Shown here: in pieces, positions 45,583-59,065 of the stretch
Position numbering within the stretch: the first letter of the stretch is position 1
Layout: every line of letters begins with the position of its first letter
Assembly (NCBI GenBank): GCA_963829055.1
Contig: CAWHHI010000005.1
Span: forward strand, 128,001-192,000
Direction of reading: 5' to 3'
DNA from: an uncultured Gemmatimonadaceae bacterium
GTDB lineage: Bacteria > Gemmatimonadota > Gemmatimonadetes > Gemmatimonadales > Gemmatimonadaceae
DNA: 64,000 bases
Program-made: the position numbers and the translations under genes
The notes under the pieces: model-generated
Told to the model about the DNA's origin: nothing
Database searches by the model: none
What the model saw: only the letters and a program-made list of their open reading frames with translations

Positions 45583-46604
45583 GTGAGCGACTTGGAAACC
45601 TTCTGGACGACAGGCGAAATCACACCTCGGGCGCGGCCGCGACGCCTGCGCCGGACCGCCGCGCTCCGCGACGCGTTAGGCGAGACGACGCTCCGGCCCG
45701 CGCAGCTCGTCCACCCGATCTTCGTGCGCGATGGCGCCGACAGCGAACGCCCCATCGCCAGCATGCCCGGGCACGCGCAGCGGACAGTCGATCGGCTCGA
45801 CGCGGAGATCGGCGAGGTCGACGCCCTCGGCATCCGATCGGTGCTGTTGTTCGGCATCCCGGACACGAAGGACACGACCGGATCGGGCGCCTGGGACCCG
45901 TCCGGCCCAGTGCCGCGGGCGATCGCGGCCATCAAGCGCCGCAGTCCGTCGATCACCGTCATCGCCGACGTCTGCCTGTGCGAGTACACGTCGCACGGAC
46001 ACTGCGGGCTGCTGAGTGACGCAACGGGCGTGGTCGCGAACGACGAGACGCTTCCGCTGCTCGGCCAGGCCGCGGTCGCCTACGCTGACGCTGGCGCCGA
46101 CGTCATCGCGCCGAGCGCGATGATGGACGGGCAGGTCGCGTCGATCCGTGCCGCGCTCGACGCCGCCGGCCACAGCGACGTCGCCATCCTCGCCTACGCG
46201 GTGAAATACGCTTCCGCGTTCTACGGCCCGTTCCGCGAAGCGGCGCAGTCCGCGCCCTCGTTCGGCGACCGGCGCGCCTACCAGATGCAGGCAGGCAACG
46301 CGCGTGAGGCGATACGCGAAGCTCGCCTCGACGAGGAAGAAGGCGCGGACATGCTCATGGTGAAGCCCGCCGGCCCGTACCTCGACATCATTCAGCGCGT
46401 GCGAGCCGAGTCGCGGCTTCCACTTGCCGCGTACCAGGTGAGCGGCGAGTACGCGATGCTCAAGGCGGCGGCGGAGCGTGGATGGATCGACGAGCCGCGC
46501 GCGGCGATGGAGAGCCTGCTCGGCATCCGCCGCGCGGGAGCGGATCTCGTCATCACGTACTACGCGAAGGCGGCAGCGCGCTGGCTGGCCGAGGGCGTGC
46601 AGGC

Positions 46605-46608
<4 letters not shown>
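45583..46608 (+). CDS. hemB: Porphobilinogen synthase (Zn-type)
   Basis: [53 protein letters not shown]. Confidence 0.96.
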
Positions 46609-47947
<1,339 letters not shown>

Positions 47948-47955
<8 letters not shown>

Positions 47956-48433
47956 CGCGCCCGCACAGCCGCATCCGGCCGCCGCGCCACGCGTGATCGT
48001 CACGTTGAGCGATGCGCAGTGCCGCGAGGTGCTCGCTCGACAGCGGATGTGCGTGGTGTCGGTGGTTGATGGCGACGAGCCATATGCGGTGCCCGTGTTC
48101 TACGGGTTCGATGGCGGTGACCTCTACCTCGGTGTCGCCGAAGGGCGAAAGACGCGCGCGCTCGACCGCAACGCGCGGGTGTACATCCTCGTGACCGAGG
48201 TTGGGCCAGGGGATGCGTGGCGCTCGGTCGCGGTTGCGGGCGAAGTGCGCTCGCTTCGCGATCCCGAGGAGCGTCAGCGCGGCGTCGACGTGCTGATCGC
48301 GCACAACCGACGGGTGCGGGCCCTGACGTCCGAGGCTCCGGTCACTCCGCGCCCGCGGAGCGGCGGCCGCATTCTGCGCGTAGAACGCGCGGTCGTCACG
48401 GGTCGCTCGTTCGGCGATCGCACGGCTGGGTAA
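47948..48433 (+). CDS. Pyridoxamine 5'-phosphate oxidase-like / NimA-like flavin-binding split-barrel protein
   Basis: C..VL, PYAVPVFY, GRK...L..N..V, WRSV...G, VTGR. ATG overlaps the hemL stop (ATGCCTGA). Confidence 0.8.
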
Positions 48434-48444
48434 CGCCGTAGAGC

Positions 48445-48718
48445 ACTGCTTCGACACGGCATCCAGCACCGAGGGTGTGGACGGAAACGGCCGGAAACAT
48501 TGGATCGGGCGGATCGACCAATGACGGACAGTCGGTCGCGCAACGAGCCGTCATTGAAAGGGAACAACGGCCTCGTGGGGCTAATGCAGCGCGAGGCCGT
48601 TCCCCTCGTTGAACGGCTCCTTCCGCCATTATCGCGGCCGCGATGGGCATCAGGTCCTTTCAGTTGTTTCCGTTCGATCAGTTCACACTCTGGGTTCTGG
48701 ATGCCGTGTCGAAGCGGT
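48445..48718. repeat. Family C palindromic element
   Basis: gcttcgacacggcatccag ... ctggatgccgtgtcgaagc terminal inverted repeat; left arm matches the 8888 copy. Confidence 0.85.
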
Positions 48719-48745
48719 CCGTGTGGATGGTTGCCGGAGCAGTGT

Positions 48746-49756
48746 TCAGCCCACGGCCTTCGCGATCCACGACAGCGCCGCCACGAGTATCACGAACGTC
48801 GCGAGCACGCGTCGATCGCCCGGTCCAACCTCGCGCTGCGCGGCGCGCCACACCGCGACGCCGCCCACGATGAACAGCAGTCGCTGCCCCGTCAGGTAGA
48901 GCGCGACCGCGATCGTCGCCACGACGATCCATCGCTCGACCCGCGAGAGCGCGTGAAAGCCGCGCGAGCCGTCGAGCTGCCAGACCGGGATCAGGTTGAA
49001 CAGGTTGAGGAAGCCCGTCAGATGCGCGATCGCGAGCCAGATCGGCTTGTCGGTCACGACGTAGACGCCTAACGACGCGAGCGCGGCGCCGAGTCCCCAC
49101 ACCGGGCCGGCGAGTCCGATCTTCGCGTCCGTGATCGGGTCGCTCACGTGCTGCTTGAGCATCACGAGCGCGCCCACGCCCGGAATGAACAGTGGCGCGC
49201 CGGCCGCGATGCCCAGGCGCCGCAGCATCGCGACGTGTCCCATCTCGTGGATGTAGATCGACACCACGAGCCCTAACGCCAGCGGCCAGCCGAAGATGTT
49301 CCAGTAGACGGCGAAGAACGCGAACATCGAGACGAACGTGCTCGCCTTCGTCAGCCCGAGCAGCAGGAACTTGAGCTTCCCGACGAGCAGCAGCGCCACG
49401 CTCAGGATCGCCGCGCCACCGCGGCGAAACCATGACCCCTCGGCCGTCGGCTTCGTTCCGGGTGCCGCCGTGCTGCCGTCGATGCGCTGCGTGAGCTCCG
49501 CGATCCGACCGCGAATTATCGTGTGCTGCTGCGACTCCGGCGGCAGGTAGCGAAGCGCCGTTTCCCACTGCTCGCGCGCCCTAACGAGCTCGTCGACCGC
49601 GACCGCGGCGTTGGCGGCCGCCGCGAGCTGCTTGAGCTTGTCCGCGTGAACGAGCGCGCCGCACGCCGGACACGCGAGCGCGTGCGGCGCCAGCTCGGTG
49701 CCACAGCGGGCGCACTGATCCCTGTTACCGGCGAACGACGGAACGCTCGAGGACAT
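48746..49756 (-). CDS. Site-2 (M50) membrane metalloprotease with an N-terminal zinc ribbon
   Basis: CARCG...CPACG, HEMGH, LAGP, NLFNLIPVWQLDG. Confidence 0.88.
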   Translation of the reverse strand: MSSSVPSFAGNRDQCARCGTELAPHALACPACGALVHADKLKQLAAAANAAVAVDELVRAREQWETALRYLPPESQQHTIIRGRIAELTQRIDGSTAAPGTKPTAEGSWFRRGGAAILSVALLLVGKLKFLLLGLTKASTFVSMFAFFAVYWNIFGWPLALGLVVSIYIHEMGHVAMLRRLGIAAGAPLFIPGVGALVMLKQHVSDPITDAKIGLAGPVWGLGAALASLGVYVVTDKPIWLAIAHLTGFLNLFNLIPVWQLDGSRGFHALSRVERWIVVATIAVALYLTGQRLLFIVGGVAVWRAAQREVGPGDRRVLATFVILVAALSWIAKAVG

Positions 49757-49759
49757 TCG

Positions 49760-50593
49760 CTAGCTCGTCGCCGGTGCCGGTCCCGCGCCCACCTTGTACG
49801 GTCCGGATATCTCGAGCTTCGGCGCCGCGGTCATCGCCCACGCCTGCCGAAGCCCGATGAAGATGATGAACGCGCCGATCAACCCCATCGGCATTGACCC
49901 GGCAACGGACATGACCGGCAGCGCGAAGACGAGGAGGAACAGTCCGCCGATCGCTATCGCGGTATCGCGGCCGCTGATGGCGGAGCTGTCGGCTTTCGCC
50001 ACCGGTCGATTCCTGTCACCGGCGGGAGCCACAGCACTCGTGCTGTCGGGGAGCGACGCGACACGCGCGGAATCGGTCAGCGACGACGCGGTGTCGTCAC
50101 CCTTGCCCTTCGTCGCCTGCTTGAAGGCCAGCGGCGCGTAGGCGAGACCGACCGACCAGTACGTGAGCACCACGGCCAGTATCTGGAAGCGACGCCCGCC
50201 ACGGCCGCCGGCACCTTTGCGCACCGCGTAGCCGACCATGTAGCCGATGAGGATCGCGACGATCCCGATCTCGAGGTTTGCGATCGCGATGACAGCGTAG
50301 TAGATCGCCGCGCCGGCGATCGCTGCGCCGAGCCCGAAGATGCCGCCGCGGATCAGCGGGCCGGTCGTTCGCGGGGTCGCAGCGGCGGACATCACGACGC
50401 CACGACAGCTCTCACAGACGGGCTTGTCGTTGACATGGTAGTACTGCGTGCCCACCGACTTCCCACATACGGCGCAGGTGATGCGCGGACTCCCGGCACT
50501 CGACGCCGAGGTGCCGGAATCAACGTGGTCGAATTGGAGATCCTGCGATTGATTCCCTGCCGCTCCTCCGCCCTGCACCTCGTCAGCGGACAT
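49760..50593 (-). CDS. Hypothetical membrane protein with a CxxC...CxxC finger
   Basis: CAVC...CESC followed by several hydrophobic segments; stop is 3 nt before the M50 start. Confidence 0.7.
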   Translation of the reverse strand: MSADEVQGGGAAGNQSQDLQFDHVDSGTSASSAGSPRITCAVCGKSVGTQYYHVNDKPVCESCRGVVMSAAATPRTTGPLIRGGIFGLGAAIAGAAIYYAVIAIANLEIGIVAILIGYMVGYAVRKGAGGRGGRRFQILAVVLTYWSVGLAYAPLAFKQATKGKGDDTASSLTDSARVASLPDSTSAVAPAGDRNRPVAKADSSAISGRDTAIAIGGLFLLVFALPVMSVAGSMPMGLIGAFIIFIGLRQAWAMTAAPKLEISGPYKVGAGPAPATS

Positions 50594-50752
50594 GCTGCTC
50601 CCGTCGAATAGGGTTGTTCGGTAACCCGGGTAACCCGCGGTCTTTCCGCCGCATCGGTGGAAAACTAAGATCAGGCGCTCTCCAACGCGTCGGTCAGTCC
50701 GCGCGAACCTCGCCGCGCTCGCCGCGCTCCTCCGTCCCTTACCGGAGCTCTC

Positions 50753-53700
50753 GTGGTTTCCCTCCGATTTCTCCCCCTCCCCCTCCCCCTCCCCCTCGGG
50801 CTGCTGCTCTGGTCCTCCGCTCCAGTCGCACTCGCCGCTCAGCCGAAGACACCCACTGCGACCGCGCGCGCCGCGACCGCCGCGTCGCCACAGGCCGGCT
50901 ACGACTCGTCCGCGTTCCGCGCGCTGCAGTGGCGCCTCATCGGCCCGTTCCGCGGCGGACGCGCGAACGCCATCACCGGCGTGACGAGCCAGCCGTTCGT
51001 CTACTACGTCGGCTACACCGGCGGCGGCGTGTGGAAGACGGAAAACGCCGGTGCCTCGTGGCGCAACATCTCCGACACGTTCTTCCGCACCGGATCCATC
51101 GGCGCGATCGCGGTGGCCGAGTCGGACCCTAACGTGGTGTATGTCGGGAGCGGCGAGCACGCGGTGCGCGGGCAGTCGTCATCCTACGGCGACGGCATGT
51201 ACAAGTCGCACCGACGCCGGCAAGACGTGGACGCGCATCGGGCTCGAGGCGACGAAGCAGATCTCGGCGGTGCGCGTACACCCGACGAACCCCGATCTCG
51301 TGTACGTCGCCGCGCAGGGCGATCGATGGAAGGGCACGCCCGACCGCGGCATCTACCGCTCGCACCGACGGCGGGAAGACGTGGACGCAGATCCTCAAAG
51401 GCGTGAACGCGACGAGCGGCGCGAGCGACCTGTCGATGGATCCGACGAATCCGCGCATCCTCTTCGCGACGTTCTGGGATCATCAGCGCCTGCCGTGGCA
51501 GGTGCGGAGCGGCGGCCCGGGCAGCGGCATCTGGAAGAGCACCGACGGCGGCGACACGTGGACTCGGCTCACTGAAGGTCTGCCGAAGCTCATGGGGAAG
51601 GTCGGCGTCGCGGTGTCACCCGCGAATCCGGATCGCGTGTTCGCGATCGTCGAGGCCGAGAAGGGCGGGCTCTATCGCTCGGACGACGCGGGCAAGACGT
51701 GGCGTCTGCTGAGCGAAGACCGGAATATCCAGGCGCGGCCGTGGTACTACATGAACGTCATCGCCGATCCGGCGAACGCGGACGTCGTGTACGTGATGAA
51801 CGCGCCGATCCTGAAGTCGATCGACGGCGGCCGCACGTTCGCCACGCTGCCCGCGCCGCACGGCGACAATCACGCGCTCTGGATCAACCCGAAGGACTCG
51901 CGCTACATCGCGAACGCGAACGACGGCGGCGGCACCATCTCGGTCGACGGCGCGAAGAGCTGGAGCACGATCGACAACCAGCCGACGGCGCAGTTCTACC
52001 ACGTGATCGTCGACGACGCGTATCCGTATCGTCTCTACAGCGGGCAGCAGGACAACAGCTCGGTGATCATCAAGAGCCGGAGCGACGGCCCGAACATCGG
52101 CGCGAGTGATTGGCAGAACGGACCGGGCTGCGAGAGCGCGAACATCGGCGTGGACCGCAAGAATCCGCGGTACACGTACGGCGGCTGCTATCAGGGCATC
52201 TTCCAGGAGATGGACATGCAGACCGGCCTAACGCGGCGAGATCATGGCGTGGCCGGCGCTCGCGCTCACGGAGCCGACGAACGAGATCAAGTATCGGTTC
52301 AACTGGACGGCGCCGGCCGTCGTGTCGCAGCACGACTCGCACGTGATCTACCACGGCGGCAACGTCCTCTTCCGCACGGCCGATCGCGGCAAGACGTGGG
52401 CACCGATCTCGCCGGACCTGACGCGCAACGACAAGGCGACGCAGGGCTGGGGCGGCACGCCGATCTCGAACGAGGGCGCGGGCGGCGAGGTGTATGGCAC
52501 CATCGTCACGATCGCCGAGTCGCCGCATGACGCGAATACGATCTACGTGGGAACGGACGATGGTCTCGTGCAGGTCACGCGCGACGGCGGCAAGAACGTG
52601 GACGAACGTGACGCCCGCCGGCGTCGGCGTCGGGCTCGCGAACGAGGTCGAGGTCTCGCCGCATGACGCCGCGACCGTGTATCTCGCGTTCCGCATGGAC
52701 CGTCGCGGCGACTACACGCCGTACGCGTTCAAGTCGACGGACTACGGGAAGACGTGGACGCCGATCGTGAAGGGGTTCCGCGCGGGTGAGCCGGTGCGCG
52801 TCGTGCGCGAGGACCCGGAGCGACGCGGTCTGCTGTACGCGGGCACGGAGACCGGCGTGTACGTCTCGTTCGATGGCGGCGCGAACTGGCAGACGCTCTC
52901 GCGTAATCTCCCCGTCGTTCCGGTGGCGGACCTCGAAGTGCGGCACGGCGATCTCTACGCCGCGACCGAGGGGCGTGCGTTCTGGGCGCTCGATGATCTG
53001 AGCCCGCTGCGCCAGATGAACCAGCAGGTGACGGCGAGTGCGGTGCACCTGTTCACGCCCCGCCCTGCGCAGTTAGGCGGCGGAGGCTCGGGCGCGTCGA
53101 CGAGCGCCGGCCGGAATCCGCCTGCGGGCGCGAACGTGTACTACTCGCTCGCCACGGTGCCGGACTCCGCGGCGGCAATGAAGCTCGAGTTCCTGGACGG
53201 CGCCGGGAAAGGTGCTGCAGAGCTACGCGCGCTCGTCAGGCAGTGCGCCGCCGGCAGCGGCGCTCCGGCCGGTTTCGGCGGCGCGCCGCCACGCCCGCGG
53301 CTCGAGCCGAAGGCCGGCCTCAACGCGTTCCAGTGGGATCTGCGTGCCGAGCCACCGACGACGCTGCCCGGCGGGATCTCGATGTTCGGCGGTCCGACGA
53401 ATGGCTATCTCGTGGCGCCGGGCCGCTATCAGGTGCGCCTGACGGTCGGCAGCACCGTCCTCACGCAGCCGCTGGAAGTGCGCCTCGACCCACGACAGAC
53501 GATCAGCGCCGCCGAGGTCGCGGCGCGCGACACGATGATGCGGACGACTCAACGCGCGCGTGTCGGAGATCAACGACGCGCTGATCCGCATCCGCGACGT
53601 GAAGGAGCAGGTGACGCGCTTCGTCGACCACGCGAAGGACGCACCTAACGCCGATTCGATCGCCGCCAAGGGCAAGCTGATCGGCCAGAAGGTGGACACG

Positions 53701-53988
53701 CTCGGCCCCAAGCTGTCGACGAAGGCGGCGAACGGTCAGGACATCATCAACTTCCGCAACGGCATCAACGCGCAGTACGTCTTCCTCCTCGGCAACGTGG
53801 AAGGGAACGACGTGCTCACGCAGCCGGTGCGTGACCGATTCGTCGAGCTCGAGCGTCTGTGGGGCGCGCTGCGTAATCAGGTGGACGTGCTGGAGCAGCA
53901 GGACGTGCCGGCGTTCAACAAGCTGCTGCAGGAGGGCAAGGTGGAGGGGGTGATTGTCCCGAAGCCGAAACCGAAGGTGGTCATGTAG
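50753..53988 (+). CDS. VPS10/BNR-repeat (sortilin-like) glycosyl hydrolase (frameshifted)
   Basis: [11 protein letters not shown], many S/T-x-D-x-G-x-T-W Asp-boxes, PTAQFY, QQDN, YRFNW, ISPDLT. Confidence 0.88.
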
Positions 53989-53989
53989 A

Positions 53990-54393
53990 GGCCATAGGAA
54001 GGAGGGCCTGAGGAAGGAGGGCGGAGGGCGGAAGGCGGAGGGCAGGCGAGTAAACGCGGTGTCATCCCGAGCGCCAGCGAGGGACCTTGCTTGATGTCAT
54101 CGTAGCCTGGTCTGGCCACGATCACCTTCGAGAAGATCCCTCGCTGACGCTCGGGATGACAACAAAACAGCAGACAGGATTGCAGGATTGGCAGGATTCC
54201 GGGCGCGCGGATCGCGACTGTCCCTGAGACGTCTCTCCAATCCTGCCAATCCTGGCAATCCTGTCTCTTGTTGTTGCTCGTGTTGGCTACGTTGTCTGTC
54301 GAACGTCATGGCTGCAGCCAGTCTGGCCACAATCACTCCACAGAGGTCCCTCGCTGACGCTCGGGATGACACCACGCCGACACTCGGGATGAC
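53990..54393. repeat. Repeat cluster: GGARGGC heptamers (54016-54043), A2 element (54060-54161), family E 9-bp-period palindrome (about 54165-54277), second A2 element
   Basis: acaggattgcaggattggcaggatt pairs with aatcctgccaatcctggcaatcctgt; gtcatcccgagcg / ctcgggatgac units. Confidence 0.88.
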
Positions 54394-54452
54394 AACATTG
54401 TTCGCTTCAGAGTCAGTGCCCACTGAGCATGCTCATTTCTCAAGGTCCCAGT

Positions 54453-55870
54453 ATGCGCCTAACGCTCGCCAGCCTCGCGATACTCGTCGCCGCGCCAGTC
54501 TCTGCCCAACAATCGGCATTCCCGGATTCGCTGGCTGGCCGGGTGGATGCCGTATTCTCCCGGTATGCCCGGACCGATGCGACCGGGCTGCGCGCTCGGC
54601 ATCTACCAGAACGGCGCCATCACGTACTCGAAGGGCTACGGCTCGGCGAACCTCGAGTACGGCGTCCCCATCACGCCCACCACGCCGTTCATCTCCGGCT
54701 CCGTCGCGAAGCAGTTCACCGCCGCGGCCATCGCGCTGCTCGTCGAGCAGGGCCGCCTCTCGCTCGACGATGACGTGCGCAAGTACATCCCCGAGCTCCC
54801 CGACTACGGCCAGCGCATCACCGTCGATCAGCTCGTGCATCACACGAGCGGGCTGCGCGACTTCTGGGCGCTCGTGCAGGTGGCCGGCATGCGCTACGAC
54901 GACGGCTACACCGTCGGCGACGTCATCCGCCTCGCGGCGCGGCAGAAGAAACTCAACTTCCCGCCCGGCACTGCATACGACTACAGCAACACCGGCTACA
55001 TCGCGCTCGGCCTCATCGTCCAGCGCGTGACGGGCAAGTCGCTCCGTGAGTTCGCGGCCGAGCAGATCTTCGGGCCGCTGGGGATGACGAGCTCGCACTA
55101 TCACGACGACCACACGATGATCGTGCCCGGCCGCGCGTCCGCGTATTCGCCGGTGTCCGAAGGCGGTTGGCGCATCAACGTCTGGAACAACGACATCGTC
55201 GGTCAGGGCGGCGTGATGACGACGATCGTCGACCTGCAGAAGTGGGACGAGAACTTCTACACGGGGAAGGTCGGCGGTCAGGGGTTCCTGAAGCGTCAGC
55301 TGCAGCAGGGCAAGCTCGCGAACGGGACGACGCTGTCGTACGCGTTCGGGCTCACGGTCGGGCAGTATCGTGGGTTGCCGCTCGTCGAGCACGGCGGCAG
55401 CAGTGGCGGCTACCGCACGATCATCACGCGCTTCCCGACGGCGCACACGAGCGTCGTCGCGTTATGCAACGAGAGTGACGCCAATACCACCGCGCTCTCG
55501 CATCAGGTGGCCGACATCGTGCTCGGCCCGAAATTCACCGCGCCGGCGGTCGCCCGTCGCGCTGATTCGTCGAGCACGACCGCGCGGCACGACGTAGCGC
55601 TTTCCGCGCGCGACATCGCTGCCTTCCCGGGCCGCTACTACTCACAGGAGCTCGACGCGACCTACGACGTGGCCGCCAGCGGCGGGACGCTCACGGTGCG
55701 CCGCCCGCGCGGCGAGGTCGACACGCTCGCGGTGGTGGACGCACGCACGTTCCGGGCTGACGGGCTGACGTACCACTTCGCGCCTAACGTCTGCTGGCGG
55801 CCTCCCCGGCTTCACGGTCGACATCGGTCGTGCCAATGGCATGGTGTTCGTGAAGAGTGGCACACGTTGA
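54453..55870 (+). CDS. Serine hydrolase, beta-lactamase/AmpC-like family (frameshifts near both ends)
   Basis: GSVAKQF (SxxK), HHTSGL, YSN, HGG; signal peptide in ORF 54429. Confidence 0.88.
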
Positions 55871-55875
55871 CCGGG

Positions 55876-56194
55876 CATCTACAGACGAAAGGGTGAACGG
55901 ATTCGACGGATCCGGCGGATTGACTCCTTTGTCATCCTGAGGAGCGGCAGCGACGAAGGGCACCCTGTCGGTCATCGTAGCCAACGCGCTCGGGACAGTC
56001 TCGTGAAGCCAAAGCGACGCGGTCCAGCGCGCTCGAGGCATCCACCGCAGAACGGCGCGGGATGCCGGCGTGCGTCGCTGTTCGGCGACCTCGCGCGGCG
56101 AAGCGCAACCTTCGCTTTCGTCGTGCGCCACCGTCCCGTTCTCGGAGGCAATCCGAACGATCCGATGCATCCGTTCGTCCCTTCGTCTGAAATG
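55876..56194. repeat. Degenerate family B element with about 220 bp of interior, including an A-type fragment
   Basis: catctacagacgaaagggtgaacggatt...ggattgactcc and aatccg..atccgttcgtcccttcgtctgaaatg; tgtcatcctgagg at 55930. Confidence 0.75.
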
Positions 56195-56219
56195 CTTGGT
56201 CCTCGCTTCGTATGCGGAT

Positions 56220-58587
56220 TCACCCGCCGCGCAGCACCGTCAGCGGATCGACCTTCGTCGCGCGGTGGGCCGGGATGACACTCGCCACCGCCGCCACGAC
56301 CGTGAGCAACACCGCCACCACGGCGAACGTCGGGCGATCCGTCGCGCCGACCTCGAACAACAGGGCGCCAAGCACACGCGTTAGGCCCCACGCACCCGCC
56401 AAGACCAACAACAACCCCTGCGAGCGCGAGACGGACCGCACGGCCCTACCACCGCCGCCATCAGCACGCGCGTCGGGGCGCCGAGCGCGATGCGGATCCC
56501 CATCTCCGGCATGCTCTGCCTCACGAGATACGACATCACGCCGTAGATGCCCACCGCCGCGAGCACGAGCGCCGTGCCGGCGAACACGCCGAACAGCACC
56601 ACCGCGAAGCGTCGCGTCGCCATCGCGTCCGTGATCAGCGTGTCCATCAGGCTCACCGTCGGCGCCGGGATTGCCGCATCCACCGCTGCGACAGCGTCAC
56701 GCACACTCGGCGCGAGACGCGCCGCGTCCCTCCCGCGCACCACGATGGACATCGCCGGCTCGATGCGCGCCAGCGACGAGAAGTACATCATCGGCCGGAT
56801 CTCCGGCGTCTCGAGACTCTGATACCGTGCGTCACCCACGACGCCGACGACGGTGAACACACGACCGCGCTCCGCACCCCCAATGCGCACCTGGCGACCG
56901 ATCGCATCGACGCCCGGCCACGCGCTCCGGGCGAGCACCTCGCTGACGATCACCACGTCCGGTGCGCCGCTCCGATCCTGGTCCGTGAAATCGCGGCCCC
57001 GCACGAGACGGATCCCCATCGTCCGAAGGTACCCGGGCGACGCGACACGATATTCGGCGTCCGGCGGTCGATCACCGGGATCTAAAGGGCGGTCGACGAC
57101 CGCATACGTGAGCCCAGCGCTCGGGCCGGCAAACGGCGCGCTGTTCACTGCCGCGGCCGCCGTCACGCCCGGCACGTGCCTAACGCGCTCCAGCGCGTCC
57201 TGATAGTACCGGCCCACCCGTGCCGAATCGGAGTAGGTTGCCGCCGGCAACGCGATCGGCAGCGACCAGCACGTCGCGCGCGTCGAACCCGACATCCACT
57301 GATTGCAGCCGCAGCAGACTTCGGGTGAGTAGGCCGGCCCCGACGAGCAGCACGAGCGACAGCGACACTTCCAGTACGACCAGCGTCGACCGAAGTCCCT
57401 GCCCGATGGTTCCCGCGCCACTCCCCTTCCCCGCCGCCTTGAGCGTCTCGGCCACATTGGGTCGCGACGCACGGAACGCCGGGAGAAGACCGAACAGCAC
57501 GCCACTCCCGAGCGAGAATGACGGCGGTGAACGCGAGCACCGGCGCGTCGAGGCGGACATCGGCGAGACGCGGGACGGTTTCCTCGCCGAACCTTCGCAG
57601 CAGCGCGATGCCGCCGACCGCGAGCAGCAGACCGGCCACCGCCGCGATCGCCGCGAGCAGAATGCTCTCGGTCAGCAACTGCCGCGTGATCCGCCAGCGG
57701 GTTGCGCCGAGTGCGGCGCGGAGCGCGATCTCGCGCTGACGCGCAGCGGCGCGCGCGAGCTGCAGGTTCGCGGCGTTGGCGCACGCAATCAGCAGCACGA
57801 AACCAACGACGCCGACAAGCACGAGCACCGCTCGGCGGAATGGCTGCCCGACCATCATCTCCGGCACCGCCATCATGTTCACCGACCACGGGCCGTTCGT
57901 CGTCGGATAGTCCTTGGCAAGGCGCGCCGCGACCACGTTCGCCTGCATCTGCGCTCGAGCGAGCGTGGTCCCAGGCGCGAGTCGCGCCAGCACGCGGAGG
58001 TATCGATTGCTGTGGTCCTCGCTTGTGAACGAATCGCTATTCCCGTTTCTGCGAGGTCTAGGCGCTCTGAGCGCCCTGCGTTGCGTAGTGCCCGCTTCGA
58101 GTAAAGCTCTCGCTGACGCTCGGGATGACAACGAACAGCAGACAGGATTGCAGGATCGGCAGGATTCCGGGCGGGCGGGTCGCCGCCGTCCCTGAGATGT
58201 CTCTTGAAGCGGCAATCCGCTGAACACCGCGGTGTTCGCGCCGATGCCGATGGCCATGGTCAGCGCGGCAACGAACGTGAACCCGCGGTTGGCGGCGAAC
58301 GTTCGCCAGGCGAACCGGACGTCTTGCCGTATGGCGTCGAGCTGATCCGCTCGACGCTTCATGCCCGCGCGCTCGTGCGAGAGCTCCTCACACTCCTCGC
58401 GTACCGTCGCGAAGCTTCCAAAACGTTGCATCGTGGCCTCCCGCGCCTGAGCCTCTGTCATGCCGGCGCGCCGCATCTCCTCCACCCGCATCTCGATGTG
58501 GAACGCGAGCTCCTCGTCCACGTCACGAGCCGGGTCGGCGCGCCAGAAGCGCCGGTAGCGGCGCCAGAGTGAATCGGACTGCATCAC
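56220..58587 (-). CDS. ADOP-family (MacB/FtsX duplicated) permease; first periplasmic domain replaced by repeat DNA, possibly a pseudogene
   Basis: DEELAFH, QDVRFA.R, GIGANTAVFS, LIACANAANL, REIALRAALGA, GIYGVMSY, EMGIRIALGA, PAHRATKVDP. Confidence 0.85.
58107..58205 (+). repeat. A2+E composite repeat inside the ADOP gene
   Basis: Close match to 54139-54236 (ctcgctgacgctcgggatgacaac..aacagcagacaggattgcaggat..gtccctgaga.gtctct). Confidence 0.9.
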
Positions 58588-58588
58588 G

Positions 58589-58931
58589 TCACCCGGGCTG
58601 TTTGGTCGCCGTGATCACCTTGGTGATCGCCGCAGCGTACTGCACCCAGCTCTCACTCTCGGCGCGGAGCGTCCGTCGCCCTTCCGGCGTGAGCGTGTAG
58701 AACTTGGCTGTCGATTGCTTCTCGGAGGTGCCCCACCGCGACTCGATCAGCCCCTTGTTCTCGAGGCGGTGCAGCGCTGGATAGAGCGACCCCTCCTCGA
58801 CCTTGAGGGCATCGTCCGTGGTGTCCTGAATCCACTGGGCGATGGCGTAGCCGTGCATTGGACGCCACGACACGGTCTTGAGAAGCAGCAGCTCGAATGG
58901 CGCCGCGCTTGAATGGCAGCTCTGCGGACAC
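58589..58931 (-). CDS. PadR family transcriptional regulator (ADOP-associated; frameshift near the start)
   Basis: LLLLKT...PMHGYAI, EEGSLYPALHRLE..G, FYTLTPEGR; adjacent to the ADOP start. Confidence 0.9.
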
Positions 58932-59065
58932 GAACGTCCTTCCCCTTGATTTGACAGGGGAACAATGCGCGCACATACATAGATTTGCAAGGGGTCGTAT
59001 CTGCGCGACTTCCGGAATGCCGGTCCCAAGCACAACGGCGAGCCCGGGCGTGGCGTATCGCCATC

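Noticed and set aside
53990..54393. CRISPR array
   Set aside because: The repeats are inverted, irregularly spaced and dispersed elsewhere in the window. There is no constant repeat-spacer period and no cas gene.
54453..55870. Beta-lactam resistance gene
   Set aside because: This is a generic serine-hydrolase family member (HGG rather than KTG in the third motif, with a C-terminal extension). Resistance cannot be inferred.
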